DNA of 64,000 nt, taken from assembly GCF_902652985.1 (NCBI RefSeq), contig NC_047020.1:10168001-10232000 (forward strand). Direction: 5' to 3'. Shown one piece after another: positions 25,380 through 39,666 of the stretch. Made by a program: the position numbers and the translations under genes. The DNA is from Pecten maximus. Lineage: Eukaryota. Within the stretch, counting starts at the first letter, position 1, and each line of letters opens with the position of its first letter. The notes under the pieces were generated by a model. That model saw only the letters and a program-made list of their open reading frames with translations. It had not been told where the DNA came from and ran no database searches.

Positions 25380-26930
25380 CACCAGGCGGTGGTGACAGAG
25401 CTCACTAAATATTGTAAGCTCACTTAATTTTGTAAGCAGACACATCACCAGGTGACAGAGCTCACTAAATATTGTAAGCTCATTTAATATTGTAGGCAGA
25501 CACTGCACCAGGCGACAGAGCTCTCTTAATATTGTAAGCTCATTTAATATTGTAAGCAAACACTGCACCAGGTGACAGAGCTCACTAAATATTGTAAGCT
25601 CACTTAATATTGTAGGCAGACACAGCACCAGGTGACAGAGCTCACTAAATATTGTAAGCTCACTTAATATTATAAGCAGGCATAACAACAGGTGACAGCT
25701 CACTAAATATTATAAGCAGGAGCCAGCACCAGGTGACAGTACACTAAATATTACCATGTGTAAGCAGACACAGCACAAAGTGAGTGGTGACAGAGCTCAC
25801 TAAATATAAGCATGCACAGTACCAGGTGAGTAGTGACACAGCTCACTAAATCATATTAGCAGACACATCACCAGGTGAGTTGTGAGGGAGCTCACTACAT
25901 AGTATAAGCAGGCACAGCATCAGATGAATGATAATTAAATATCATATGAAGACAGTACAAGGTGAATGGTGACAGAGTACACTAAATGTAAACATGCACA
26001 ACACCAGGTGGCTGGTTAAAGAGCCCACTAAATATAAGCAGATACAGCACCATGAGAGTGGTGACAGCTCACCAAATTTTATAACTTGGCACAGCAGAGT
26101 GGTTATAGCTCACTGTATAATTATGCAGACACAGCACTAAGTGACTAAATGTTATAAGCAAGCACAGCACCAGGTGAGTGCTGACAGCTCACTAAGAATT
26201 ATAAGTAGACACAGCACCAGGTGAGTGGTGACAGCTCGCTAAGAATTATAAGTAGACACAGCACCAGGTGAGTGCTGACAGCTCACTAAGAATTATAAGC
26301 AGACAGCACTGGGTGAGTGCTGACAGCTCACTAAGAATTATAAACAGACACAGCACCAGGTGAGTGCTGACAGCTCACTAAGAATTATAAGCAGAAACAG
26401 TTCAAGCTGAATAAAAATTAAATATATGAAGACATAGTACTAGGTGAATGGTGGCAGAGCTCTCTAAATCAAATGTAAGCATGCACAGAACCAGGTGACT
26501 GGTTAAAGAGCCCACTAAATATAAGCATATACAGCACCACGTGAGTGGTGACAGCTCACCAAATTTTATAAGCTGGCACAGCAGAGTGGTGACAGCTCAC
26601 CAAATTTTATAAGCTGGCACAGCAGAGTGGTGATAGCTCACTAAATACTATAAGCAGACACAGCACTAAGTGACTAAATGTTATAAGCAAGCACAGCACC
26701 AAGTGAATGGTAGTGGCTTACTAAGAATTATAAGCAGATATTGCACCAGGTAAGTGGTGACAGCTCACTAAGAATTATCAGCAGACAGCACCAGGTGAGT
26801 GCTGATCATGACAGATCACCAAATATTATAAGCAGGCACAAGGTCAAATGACTAGAGCTCACTAAATATTATAAGCAGACATGCACACAGCACCAGATGA
26901 CATAGCTCACAACACCAGGTGGCAGATTTT
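25380..26930. repeat. Degenerate ~48-60-bp minisatellite (GCAGACACAGCACCAGGTGAGTGGTGACAGCTCACTAA) upstream of the MAT2B start codon
   Basis: Directly visible tandem repeats with variable unit length. Confidence 0.85.
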
Positions 26931-28105
26931 ACTGAATCATAACAAGGTGATAGTTCACATGATACTTTTATAGCTCACTATATTACCGAAAAGGAGGAAT
27001 GGCAAAAACATATATATACATGTATACTCATGTTTTGTCACAAAGTAAGCTACGACAGCTAGTTTCTATGCATAAAATCAACCATATTTGATTATACCGG
27101 CCTTGACTCAAGTATAACATTACTGGTCATGGTAGAAAAGTATCCCAGAGTTTTTTATGTTCTATAATTTATATATACAATGTATATATATATATATATA
27201 GATAATACCTGTACTCAGCTGATACTACAAAATCAATATACACCTGTTCTGAATGTTTTTATCAGCCATTAAAAATCACACATGAGCCGATCAACTGTTA
27301 TTCAGCATCTATCAGATGTTTTAAAAGGCAGTTAAAACATCAGAAATCTTCGTGTTTTTAATAATACACGTAACTGATACCACTCAAATTACAGCTTGTA
27401 CAGTACTACAGGCTAAAGTAAATATACGCAGCTGTTCATACTGTATTTTGCAACGCTGTTATTGATGTAAAATGTTGATGCCTTACGGCCATTACACATG
27501 AGAAATATATACTACAGTATATATACTAAAATCAGCATGTAGAATTTTAACAAACGTATACCCACATGTATGTCGTACCTGTCCTCGAACTATCACCTTT
27601 CAGGTGGAAATCTAAATGTTCAGTTAGAGTGATCCCCCTTGTATAATTATTGTTTACTTCCCGAGGCTCCCCGTGGGGGATTTTATATAAAGGACTTTAA
27701 CGTCCCTGATACATGTGGTTTTTATATAACATTATTATTTTAATATCTTATCTAGTTATTTTTATTTCTGAAATTTCTAGTAATTTATTGCTGGAATTAA
27801 TAAAAATAATATAAAATAACTAGTACATTATGTTCCTGTCACTAATAATGACTCATCCGTCATTTCTAAAATTAACGAATATTGGACTATGTTAAGCCTA
27901 TTTAATAAGTCATGTCATACCAGAATGCTAGATATACACGGATACGTCAAATATTGAATGATAATATTTACTGGAAATAAAGGTAAGTATGTCTATTCAT
28001 TATTATTCTCACTGGTACATATACATGTACTATTTTTTTCTTATTTTGTTTCTTGAAAAAGTAAGATATACGGTTCTGATTTTGGTTCAATATTAGTGCA
28101 TTTAA

Positions 28106-31100
28106 AGGTGCTGTTGCAGGAATGCTCTAAAACCGCCCACGAAGGAAATCGGTCCTTTACCTAATGCCCGGATAGACATATCCATGGGGCATCTGATAGT
28201 ACATGAAAACCTTGTTCCGTTCCGGACATGCCAGAACGTGGCCATTTTGTACCAAAGTCGTAAATACTCACAAGCACACTTTATCAAGTATTTATAAGGT
28301 CAAAATGTTATTTGTTTGTAAGGAAAATTGTACTAAAATTACATTTATATATCGGGCAACGTAATCGGATATCGATTGTATGAATCTTTTCGTTAGTTTC
28401 TGTGAAATTTGACATCAAACATAAAACATGATATTTCTCATAAAGTTGAATGCACGTTTAAACGGCATTTTGTCTAATTCAAACCACGAGTACTATCGAA
28501 TTTTGTCGATAGAAAATATCTCCATTCATTTGTGTAATCCATGAAAAAAAAATGCGCTTCAGAATTACTGGATATGCCTCATTTTTTTAACTTCTATTAC
28601 TGCATGCTAGTGAAGACATCTCGTCCGGACAAGAAATACGTTATAGGAAACACGATTGGACGAATTCGCCTTCAAGGAAACTATTTGTTTCAAGATTTTT
28701 GTCAGGATAATGTTAGTCCCTTTACCAATTTTCCTATCTCCATGACTTTGTTGTACAACTAATGTGCTTTGTTCTTGCTCATTCAGCTCATCATGTATTA
28801 TTTGTGTATTTAGAACTTAATATCATATATATATATGAGTATTATATTCCTTCACAGTTACATTCTAGACACTGTCGATCATTTTTGAAGAGTGACAATG
28901 ACGCTACGTTGTGTATATCAGAAACATTCAATGTATAGTATCTTCCCTACATTCTGGATTATATGTATAAGCGGGCTATTTACTTCATCAGTGGCATAAA
29001 CTTGGTTGGTCGAAGTGGTTTTCGAGACTGACTATGGACATAGACCCCAAGGTAGAAGAGAACACTAGCGATATGAGCACACATACCAACAGTCCTCTGA
29101 CCTGTTGGACACGTACAGTAGTAATTCTGTATTGGTGGTTGTTCGGTAACTGAGTACTGGATCCATATGTTGTATTTCGTTTGCGATTTATGACGAGATC
29201 GGATTTGACATCGAATCAGGTCAGAAGAGTGTTGGTATGCCATGACTTCATAATCTCCATCTGCTGTCAAATGTTCCGATATGTATCCAGGGACCAACTT
29301 CACCTGGTACGTCCCACATGCCAGAGTTTCTAGATATTCTTAGTCAAGACGTGGGAACTCGAGCTGGGCTGCCTCTAGCTTCTGCCATTGGGATTTGGTT
29401 CTCCGTGATAGGTCTGACTCTTTCTCAACACGCTCTGCTAGGATGTTGGAGTTGTTTAGAAGTGACTTCATCTCCAGAGCAACTTTTTCATCTTCGGCTG
29501 CTTTTGTTGATGAAGGCTGATATGGGTCCACGTAGCCAATTCAGACATGCCGTGTTACTTTTCAGAAGACTTTCGAGATTTTTGATGAAGTAGTTTGATG
29601 TGAGGTCAGTTTTTAAAAATCTGATTTGCTTGAAACGAGAGTGATAACTTTCGACCACCCATCTTGTTTTAGTGATACACCTGTCTGTGTTCGCCTCTTT
29701 ACCATCATGTTGACATTGTCCAGGTTTGGGAAATGTCGGCATGTGAGTCTCGTATCCCTCGTCTGATAGTTTGCTCAAAATGTCTCGGAAACCCCTGTCT
29801 ACAATTACCTGATCATCTTGCTCTAGGATACCTGACAGACTTTGTAATGAGGTAAGTATCTTGTCAGTGATTTTGGCGTCATTATCACTACCAAGAAATG
29901 GGCCGACAGTGTCTAGAACGTAGCCGTTAGGGAACACAACACTCAAAAACTTCACGTAGTTGCGTTTTTTTTTTACCGCAGTAACTTTTCCGCCGAAACT
30001 CATGTTCTTCACTTTTGCCGATCCGTCCAATATTACAGTGACTTTGTTGCCGAAGAATGTTTTTGTGAAAACTGTATTGTGATCCAACGCTTGCGCCCTA
30101 GACGCGTGATCCGGACCAAGATGTGTGGGAACTACGGCTTGATTTAGAGCATCTGTAACGATCTGGAAAATTCTGCTCACGCTCGATTTGTGAATGCGGA
30201 AAAGAGAAGCCAACTGAGTGAAGGATATGTCTGTTTTGAGTTTAACCCAAAACAGCAGAAGTGCATTCTTAGATGACAATGCTTGTGTACCAGTAATATG
30301 TTCGGAACATGCATCGTGTATTTGATTGAATTGATTACAATCCCAGCCTGTCCAAGCTTGGTAATCTTCATCATCCATGTTGTCGAAGTTTAATACAAGC
30401 GGTGACAAGTTATTGGACATGTTCTGTATGATTTTGAGTAAATCGTTGATAACAGCTGGTGACTTGGTGGCTAAGTGATTAACAAGTTTATCCCTCCCTG
30501 TCAAAACCGGCTCAATGTCAGGACTGATATCCTTACCAAGAAGATGACTTGAACACACCCTGGAATTCTCAGGCATGTACAGTTTATGTTTGATAAGCAG
30601 CTGGTGTCTTGCTTTCTCACTGATGCAGCACCTAGAACTCTTCATGTTGTAAGTTCGGCAAATGCTATATTTTCTGTTCGAAGAAGGGGCATAGTATAAA
30701 TCATCTACAGAAAGATACCCGTCCAGAGTGTCAGATTCGTCAACAGAAGCATCATTGTCAACGGAGGCTTTTTTTCCGTTCCGGTTCATTGGTATTCTCG
30801 GATGCAGGACGTTTCTTGAGGTATCTGAGAAAGCATTTTGAACACATCTTTGCTTCTGTTGATTCAGAAAGTATGATACCTTCAGAAAGGAGAACATCTT
30901 TCATCCAGTCCTGAATTTTTCTCGGATTTTTAACAACGCCAACCTGGTTGTACTTGAACTTAACTTTACATCCCAACCCAACGCAGGAGTTCTCCATTTT
31001 CCTATTTGAGACAAAGACAACTTTACTACAGAATAACTGAACTAAATAGAATTATAAAACGTAACAGCAATTATAACAACACGCCGAGCACCATTCGCGG

Positions 31101-31870
31101 TGAGTAGTCAAAAGACCAAGTGTCAAAGGGAACTTTTGTGTGGCACACCCCTACGGAGGAGAAGCTTTGAAGAAGTACTGAAGACGAAGATGGTCAAGTG
31201 AGAAAAATGATGAATCATACGTAATACGGAACTACTATAACTATGTTAAACATAGTAGAACATAATACATTGCCATGGACATTGTATCAAATCATTTTCA
31301 TAATAAATCAATACGTTGTATTATTGTGTACGACAAAGGACCACTTGTATCGCCCTTGCATTTTTTCCACATACATTTTTCAACATTGAATTACTGCCCT
31401 TATCCAGTGACTCAGCACGACTTTCTTTTGCTGGTATACAGAGGGATAGTCAAATATGTTTTTAAAACACTAACATCGATAGTACTCGCATATTATCGTG
31501 CCGAATTTGCCGCTTGATTTTAAAAATGGTATTTTGAATTTGATGAAAATTTTCGAATTTTGGTTTTCTACGTCATCTTGTACTAAACTCGTTTGTTTTT
31601 TCATGGTCAACTGTTTATTATTTTAAACTACAATGTATGTACAATACCTAGTCGTGAGAAAACCTCTCAGTGACAAACAGAAATACCACTTATGGGTCTG
31701 TGAAAAACACAGGTACGCTTGTAAACGAAAAAGTGAAGTAGATGGCGCTATGGGCGCGCTTATGGGTCAAGTGGAAAATAACATCTTGTTCCATATGTAT
31801 TTTTCATAGCTTTACTTGAAAATATAGTCGATTTCAAGAAATCGCTGTGGGCGGTTCTGCAACAGCACCT
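28106..31870 (-). mobile_element. Kolobok-like (Kolobok-Hydra-type) DNA transposon
   Basis: 14-bp TIR AGGTGCTGTTGCAG plus subterminal AACCGCCCAC; flanks TTAA (28102-28105) and TCAA (31871-31874); encodes a decayed DDE transposase. Confidence 0.75.
28980..30997 (-). pseudogene. Transposase: N-terminal Cys-rich region, HTH, DDE_Tnp_4-like core, C-terminal SWIM finger; 2 frameshifts and 1 stop
   Basis: RVCSSH, LASLFRIHKSSVSRIF (HTH), VILDG, VIVDRGFRD, RWVVES, CTCPTGQRTVGMCAH across four consecutive ORFs. Confidence 0.85.
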
Positions 31871-32871
31871 TCAACGTCCGATGTAAAATGCTTCATGTGG
31901 ACCACATGAACCTAATAACTTTTTTACCTCGTGTAAGACAGCTAGACTGCTAAATATGTGTCTATATAAGGCTTTAAATGTCATTATGAGGAATGGGTTA
32001 TAAATAATTATTAATCAATTGATGATATCACCAGTTCATTATAGACTAGTCATATCACAAATGTGAAGTGATATAGCAGGTCTATAACTGCAGTGAACGT
32101 GACGTGATTGAATTGTCGACGTGACGTCATTGAATTGTCGTGACATCATTGAATTAAATAGTTACAAGAACGTACTCTCTCATAACCGAGGGGTTGGCAG
32201 ATATGATTGAGACATCACACCTTACCTTAGGGATGATAGAGAATTCTTGAATAAGGTAAATGGGAGGAATCATTTGAACGACGAGAGAATAATAATTTAA
32301 AATCTTAATTCTCCTACCTTAAGGGTGTGACAAGTTTTTAAAACCATTATCATGTGTTATTTATTCTTTATTAACATAACAGATATAAAGCACGTGTTAT
32401 CAACGACATCAAGTCAATAATACAATGGCGTCCCGACAACAATACAATGACATTACATCGACACTTCATTAACGTCACGTCAACATTGCGTTGCATGGAA
32501 ATATTTTATTTAAAGAAAATAGTAGGATTGGAGAAACATAAGCATCCACTACCTTGATGACGTGACTAAAAAGTGTAGCCTACGATAATATTCATGTGTA
32601 CATTCGTGTAACGAGCTTCACCGAGTGCAGACTACGCTGATCTGGTCGCGCACGGCCGAATATCAAACTCGGGACAAGTTGGCACAACAACTCGCGTAGA
32701 GAAGTCAGTTTGTCAATTACATTCACAATAATATCTTTCACGCGTCCGCCATACACAAATTCGCAGCCAACGGTCATTGTAGTCTATTTCGGTGTCATTG
32801 CATGTATATGTTTCTCGATTGATCGACAGAAATGGTGAAATAAAGACGTTATCAACGATTAATTGGACTTC

Positions 32872-35125
32872 TAACTGACGTCTTTATAGTGTCATCACAC
32901 TGAAATGATGGGGCCACTGACGGACGTCTTTATAGTGTCATCACACGGAAATGATGAGGCCACTGACGGAAATCTTTATAGTGTTATCATACTGAAATGA
33001 TGGGGCCACTAACTGACGTCTTTATGGTGTCATCACACTAAAATGATGGGGCCACTGACGGACGTCTTTATAGTGTCATCACACTGAAATGATGGGGCCA
33101 CTGACGGACGCCTTTATAGTGTCATCACACTGAAATGATGAGGCCACTGAGTGACGTCTTTATAGTGTCATCACACTGAAATGATGAGGCCGCTGACGGA
33201 CGTCTTTATAGTGTCATCACACTGAAATGATGGGGCCACTGACGGACGCCTTTATAATGTTCATACTGAAATGACGGTGTCACTGACGGACGTCTTTATA
33301 GCGTCATCACACTGAAATGATGGGGCCACTGACGAATGTCTTCAGAGTGTGATCACACTGAAATGATGTGGAAGCTGACGGACGTCCTTATAGCGTCATC
33401 TAACTTAAATAATGGGACCACTGACAAATGTCTTCATTGTGTGATCACACTGAAATGATTGGGCCACTGACGAATGTCTTCAGAGTGTAATCACACTGAA
33501 ATGATGGGGCTACTGACGGAAATCTTTATAATGTTCATACTGAAATGATGGGGCCACTGACGGACGTCTTTATAGTGTCATCACACTGAAATGATGGGGC
33601 CACAGACGGACGTCTTTATAGTGTCATCGCACTGAAATGATGGGGCCACTGACGGACGTCTTTATAGTGTCATCACATTGAAATGATGGGGTCACTGACG
33701 GACGTCTTCATATTGTTAATACATTGAAATGATAGGGCCATTGACGGAAATCTTTATAGTGTTATCACAGTGAAATGACGGGGTCACTGACGGACGTCTT
33801 TATGGTGTCATCACACTAAAATGATGGGGCCACTCACGAATGTCTTCAGATTGTGATCACACTGAAATGATGGGGAAGTTGACGGACGTCCTTATATTGT
33901 CATCACACTGAAATGATGGGGGCACTGATGGACGTCTTATAGTGTCATCACACTGAAATGATGGGGCCACTGACGAACGTCTTTGTCGTGTTACTACACT
34001 GAAATGATGGGGCTACTAACGGACGTCTTGATAGTGTCATCACACTGAAATGATGGGGCCACTGACGGACGTCTTTGTCGTGTTATTACACTGAAATGAT
34101 GGGGCTACTAACGGACGTCTTGATAGTGTCATCACACTGAAATGATGGGGCCACTGATGGACATATTGATGGTGTCACCACACTGAAATGATTGGGTCAC
34201 TGACGGACGTCTTATACCGTCATCACACTGAAATGATGAGGCCACTGACGGACGTCTTTATAGTATCATCACACTGAAGTGATGGGGTCACTGACGGACA
34301 TCTTGATATTGTCATCACACTGAAATGATGGGGTCACTGACAGCGTCTTTATATTGTCATCACACTGAAATGATGGGGTCACTGACGGACGTCTTGATAT
34401 TGTCATCGAACTGAAATTATGGGGCCACTGACGAATGTCTACATAGTGTCATCACACTGAAATGATGGGGCCACTGACGGACGTCTTTATAGTGTCATCA
34501 CACTGAAATGGTGGGGCCACTGACGGACTTTATATTGTCATCACACTGAAATGATGGGGCCACTGACGGACGTCTTTATATTGTCATCACACTGAAATGA
34601 TGGGGCCACTGATGGGCGTCTTTATATTGTCATCACACTGAAATGATGGGGTCACTGACGAATGTCTTCGAAGTGTCATCACACTGAAATGATGGGGCCA
34701 CTGACGGACGTCTTTATATTGTCATCACACTAAAATGATGGGGCCACTGACGAACGTCTTTATAGTGTCATCACGATGAAATGATGGGACCACTGACGGG
34801 CGTTTTTATAGTGTCATCACACTGAAATGATGAAGCCACTAACAGACATACTTATAGTGTCATCACACTGAAATGATTGGGCCACTGAGAGACGTCTTTA
34901 TAGTGTAATTACACTGAAATGACTGGGCCACTGAAGGACGTCTTTATAGTGTCATCACACTGAAATGATGAAGCCACTGACGGACGTTTTTATATTGTGA
35001 TCACACTGAAATGATGACGCCACTGACGGACGTCTTCATAGTGTCATCACACTGAAATGATGGGACCACTGACGGACGGACGGAATGGGCAACGGTCGGA
35101 CGCCTTAAAGTGTCATCACACTGAA
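32872..35125. repeat. 46-bp minisatellite (TGTCATCACACTGAAATGATGGGGCCACTGACGGACGTCTTTATAG), ~49 copies
   Basis: Directly visible. Confidence 0.95.
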
Positions 35126-36218
35126 TTACCATCTCAGGGCACAGTATCATGGTGCGCCATCTTGGCATATTTTTTACTGCCAAATGACAAGCCAGTCTTT
35201 AATCCTAACTTTAAATATGAACGTCAAGCAAAGAACAATAAGTATCCATTCGTTTGAGTGGAACGACGCTCAAAGCGAAGATTTACCAAATGAGGCATAA
35301 AAACAAAGACCCCAAAAGGTGCAATTTATCTAATTCATATCCCATATCAGAGATACATTCCTACACAATTTGTCTCACTGCGGTCGACTGTCTTTTAATA
35401 GCGTGACATTGAAATATCAATATATGTCGGTGTTCATCAAATTATTGTTCAAGTACATGTATAAATATAGAAATGTGTAAGTATCAGACGACAACCAAAT
35501 CAACCGCCATAAAATCGACGTCATTGCTAATGACGTTATCGAAGCCGTTGTCTATCACTTGATAGACTTAATAAACCAATTCTAAAATGATACATTCGTA
35601 TGCCGCAAACAACGATTATCAATGATTCCATATTTGCACCATTTATTCAGAAAATCAAACAATATGCAGATTTCTTGCCTCATTACTACTGTATATGATA
35701 TTTTGCCTCCAGCATCTGATACTATTGAAAAGCGGATTAATAAATTTGGGGAAGCGATACAGATTCACGTTAAAAAATGGCCATTGATTTGAATATGGAG
35801 GCAGATTTATCCTCGCTCAAAATGCACCAAGTCAATTTCATTTCAGTTTTAAAAAATTATCGTGATGGACAATTTACTCATTTTAATTTAAAGGTAAATG
35901 TAACATCCATATTTTATTAGCAGTATTCTATTGGTATATGATATGATAAGATGTTGCACTAACAACTGCAAAGATTATTTTCTCATAATTTAGATACCAA
36001 ACGATGACAGAATGTTTTCATTTCTTCTCTTGCCAGATGTCGACATTGGTGGATTAACATATTTGACCACACACTCGATCTATCGGAGTTAGTGAACATT
36101 CGAAAAACAAGACAGGAAACACAACTCCGAAGGCGACAGTGAATACTTGTGTAAAGATTACGAAGCATTAGATAACGGTGACTCTGGGGCTACATACTTT
36201 AATCTTTTTAACAGTTGA

Positions 36219-37513
36219 ATGGAAAACACGATGACAAACGACGATCCAGAAACAGATGGTTGCATGTTTACTCTGGACACTTTATACGGTGCGGTATTTG
36301 AGGACGATTTCATATTGTATCAATCAACCCTTTGCAAAGGAGGCTTTGACATGAATCAGGAATCCCAAATCATGCACTTTATCTGTAAATGTAGGACGGA
36401 AGCGAACACTGTTGAATATCTACAAGAAGCTGTTAATTACGGAAGTGACGTAAGGGCTAAAGATGACAGTGACCAAATGCCAATACATGTCGCATGTTCG
36501 TTTGCAAATTACCGTGCCGTGGAGTATCTGGCCGACCTTGACCCATCACTATCTAACGAGGTTGTTGAAAGGACTCTTTCTCCGCTCCTAATTACGATAA
36601 GTAAATTTTCAACCGAAAGGAACAAGAGTTTTGCAAAACTGTTGACGTTCTTCTCAAACACGGAGCCGACGTGAACAAGAGAATACGAGACTTCAGTCAT
36701 ACGCCGTTGTTAAGTGCGGTGTGTCACAACGAAATGATGCCAGATATTGTTCGTATTTTACTTGACGCTGGAGCTGACGTCACAGCACGTTCTTTAATGG
36801 ACAGAACACCTCTTATCCATGCTGTATCGCAGAAAGACCAGCGATCTGTCCGATACCTTCTAAAAGCTCAATCGGACCCAGATGCTGTGGACAGATTGGG
36901 CTGTACACCACTAGGACTTGCTTGTCTAAAACAGCACGCACCTATCATACGAGATATTGTTCAATACGGCGCCGATATTAATTCTGAAAGGAGTCGAAAC
37001 AACAAAGACTTATTGACTAATGTCATCCAGTCGTCACATCACAGCATCACTGAGCTTCTGTTCGAGCTTGGATTGAAAGTAACTCCTGAACTCATTATGC
37101 TGAAAAACCCAGTTGGTTGTGCAATAAGGAAAAAAAGTAGCGAACATGTGAAGATTCTGCTTCGGGAAAATTGTCCTCTAGAAGAACCCTTACACGAACT
37201 TCCATTAATAGAGGCAGTTCAGGAGAATAATGTTGATGCCGATGTGATGAATATTCTCATCAAATCGGGAGCCGACTTTTCGGACGCGCTGTTGGACTGT
37301 GCAATGACTGCTAAGCCGGATGATAAATGTTTGGCGAGTTTGATTACAAGATATCACTGTGACGTCAGAACGCTGAAGACACTGTGTTGTTTCTCTATTA
37401 GGAAGTGTCTCGGCCTCGGAATCAAAACAAAGGTTCAGCGTCTGATTGACGATCACGTGATTCCTCGATCTCTAGTTAAGGATGTCATGTTGGAGCACGT
37501 TCTCAATGTGTGA
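36219..37513 (+). CDS. Ankyrin repeat and SOCS box (ASB-like) protein, no intron in the CDS, one frameshift near 36617
   Basis: Multiple ankyrin repeats (PIHVAC, TPLLSAV...GADV, TPLIHAV, TPLGLAC...GADIN) and C-terminal SOCS box TLKTLCCFSIRKCL...IPRSLVKDV; adding 1 nt gives a continuous ...CKTVDVLLKHGADVN repeat. Confidence 0.8.
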
Positions 37514-38213
37514 TCCAGCAATGTTTAAGGACTGTGCAAACAGATTATGACCGTCGTTTTTTTTTCTCTCTCACACACTCCAGAGGAATGAACAAACTTT
37601 AAAACATACTGATAACGCCATTAATATGCTGCAATTATTTAGCGACAGCTCAAATTTAATATACGAGATAAAGGATCTTATCTAGGTTTTACCGAAGCGA
37701 AAAATGATTTTAATTAAAAGAAATGGAAACCGGTAACGTTAGGTTCGTTGTATCACAAAACTGTTTTTACACAGTGAAATATTTTCACTCAATATTTCTC
37801 CATGTTAAAGTATTCAAAGATCAAGAACCTGGGGAAAAAATATAACAATTACAATAAGGTAGTGTCTTTCATTATGAAATAGATTTAAATTTACCAATGT
37901 AATTAATTTTTTATACTTTTTCAATATGCTTGTGTTTTTGTTGGATTCGTACCAACCTTTTTTTTCCATTAAATGTTTTATTAGCAAAAGTCAGTTATTT
38001 TTTGTCACCCTTTCAGAAATTGCCTTTGCTTTCGTCGGAAATCTCGTTCCTTCTTCTCTTCTTCCTTTTATGTTCCTTACTCTCTTATATTTGTATTTCC
38101 TTTTCTAAATCAGCTTCTACTTTTTTATCCAAACTATCCCCCAATCCCATTTTTCAATTAGCTCCAGTCGATTATATTCATTGGTTGATTGTTTCAATTC
38201 TACATACACTATA

Positions 38214-39666
38214 GATAGATAGATAGATATCTTTATTTCCTCCAATTGCATGAAGATTACAGAACATATTAACAGGAAAACAATAAATTAAGAAATGAAT
38301 AATTGATATGAAAGAAATTGAATCCGCCATCGCTTAAGTATTGCGATAGCCTAATAACTCTATTCCGTTGAGCGTTTCTTTTACATTTACATTTATATAT
38401 TACAGTATTTCAAATAAATATTTGGTCATTTTGGCGATACTGATGGAATTCAGCAACATAAATTGTTCCCACGCATCATCGTCTATTTCAATAGTATCCC
38501 GGCTTCCTAGGATCACCTTTGTCATGCTAGTCTCGTCGAGGTCGGCAAACATGACATAATTTGCAGTTCCCAGGACATTGACGACGTTGTCTAGTAGCGA
38601 ATCTCTAGTTTCCTGTAGTTTACCGCACTGAATAATAAAATGAGCTATAACGTTACTGCCACGCTGTCCACACAATTTGCATACAACTATTTCTTTAACA
38701 TGGAGATATGAGAGTTTAATCATCTCCGCTAGTTTCCAAGTATATGCTGGGTGTTTTTCTCCTAATATATAAAGCGGATGTAACGTCAGGCTCGTGTGGA
38801 TGTCCGAATATATGCTTAGCTCTTGTCTTTCAGTTAGAACTTCTTTCCATTTGGTTTCTTGATGAAAGTGGATAACATTTGTTATGAATTTTTTCCAGCT
38901 GGTTTTACCGATTGTGTCTCCATAGAAGAAAAAATCCTCAAATAAAATACTTAGTTGATATTTGCGATGTATCCCGACGACATCGGGAATAAAACCTGTC
39001 GTAATGGTTTCATCTACTATGAAGTCACACAAGCGGGCATTAAAGATCCTTTTCCAGATAAAATTGGGATTCCCCCTACTTAAGCGATTCCAAAACAGCA
39101 ATTTACATTTGTCAACATGTGATTGTATTTCCCATAATCCCAAGCAGTTGATTGTCACACATGTGGGAGAGTCGAACTCGAAGCCTTGACATCGCCTTGC
39201 CACTTTCCGTTGTAGTATTTCAACATCTGTCCATGTTGTTGACCGACAAATATTGTTCCACAGTTCGCACCCGTATGTTAGAGACGGTAGTAGGATATTC
39301 TTCCAGATAATTACACTAAGCGCTGGGGACATTCCATTTTTGTGTATGCCTAAACCGATCATCGAGTTAAAAAGCTTTTTAACCTTTTCCATTTGCTGAC
39401 ACACACATTCGTCACTATTGAGCATTGTAGTCAGAAGAAGTCCAGCATAGGTAACGCCATTTTTATATTGGAGCTGATTGTGCCCAATGTAGAAGGGGGT
39501 TTTGGGTACAAATTTTTGCCTTTTCTTCGATTTTTCAAAAATAACAATTCCACTTTTGTCGCTGTTATAGGTCATTCGCCATTTCAAAGAATATTCATAG
39601 ACAATGTCTAGTTCACGCTGCAAGTGACTTGCAGAGGCAGCAGCAACAAGAGTATCATCAGCTAAA
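38214..39666 (-). mobile_element. 5'-truncated non-LTR retrotransposon (RTE/RTEX-like) with uninterrupted RT C-terminal ORF
   Basis: Begins at ADD of the RT motif; LTYGCELW; CKLC...HFIIQC zinc knuckle; AATAAA plus (ATCT)n tail; 76-bp flanking direct repeat. Confidence 0.88.

Noticed and set aside
36595-36675. Programmed -1 frameshift in the ASB gene
   Set aside because: No X XXY YYZ heptamer in the correct frame; a single-base indel is simpler.
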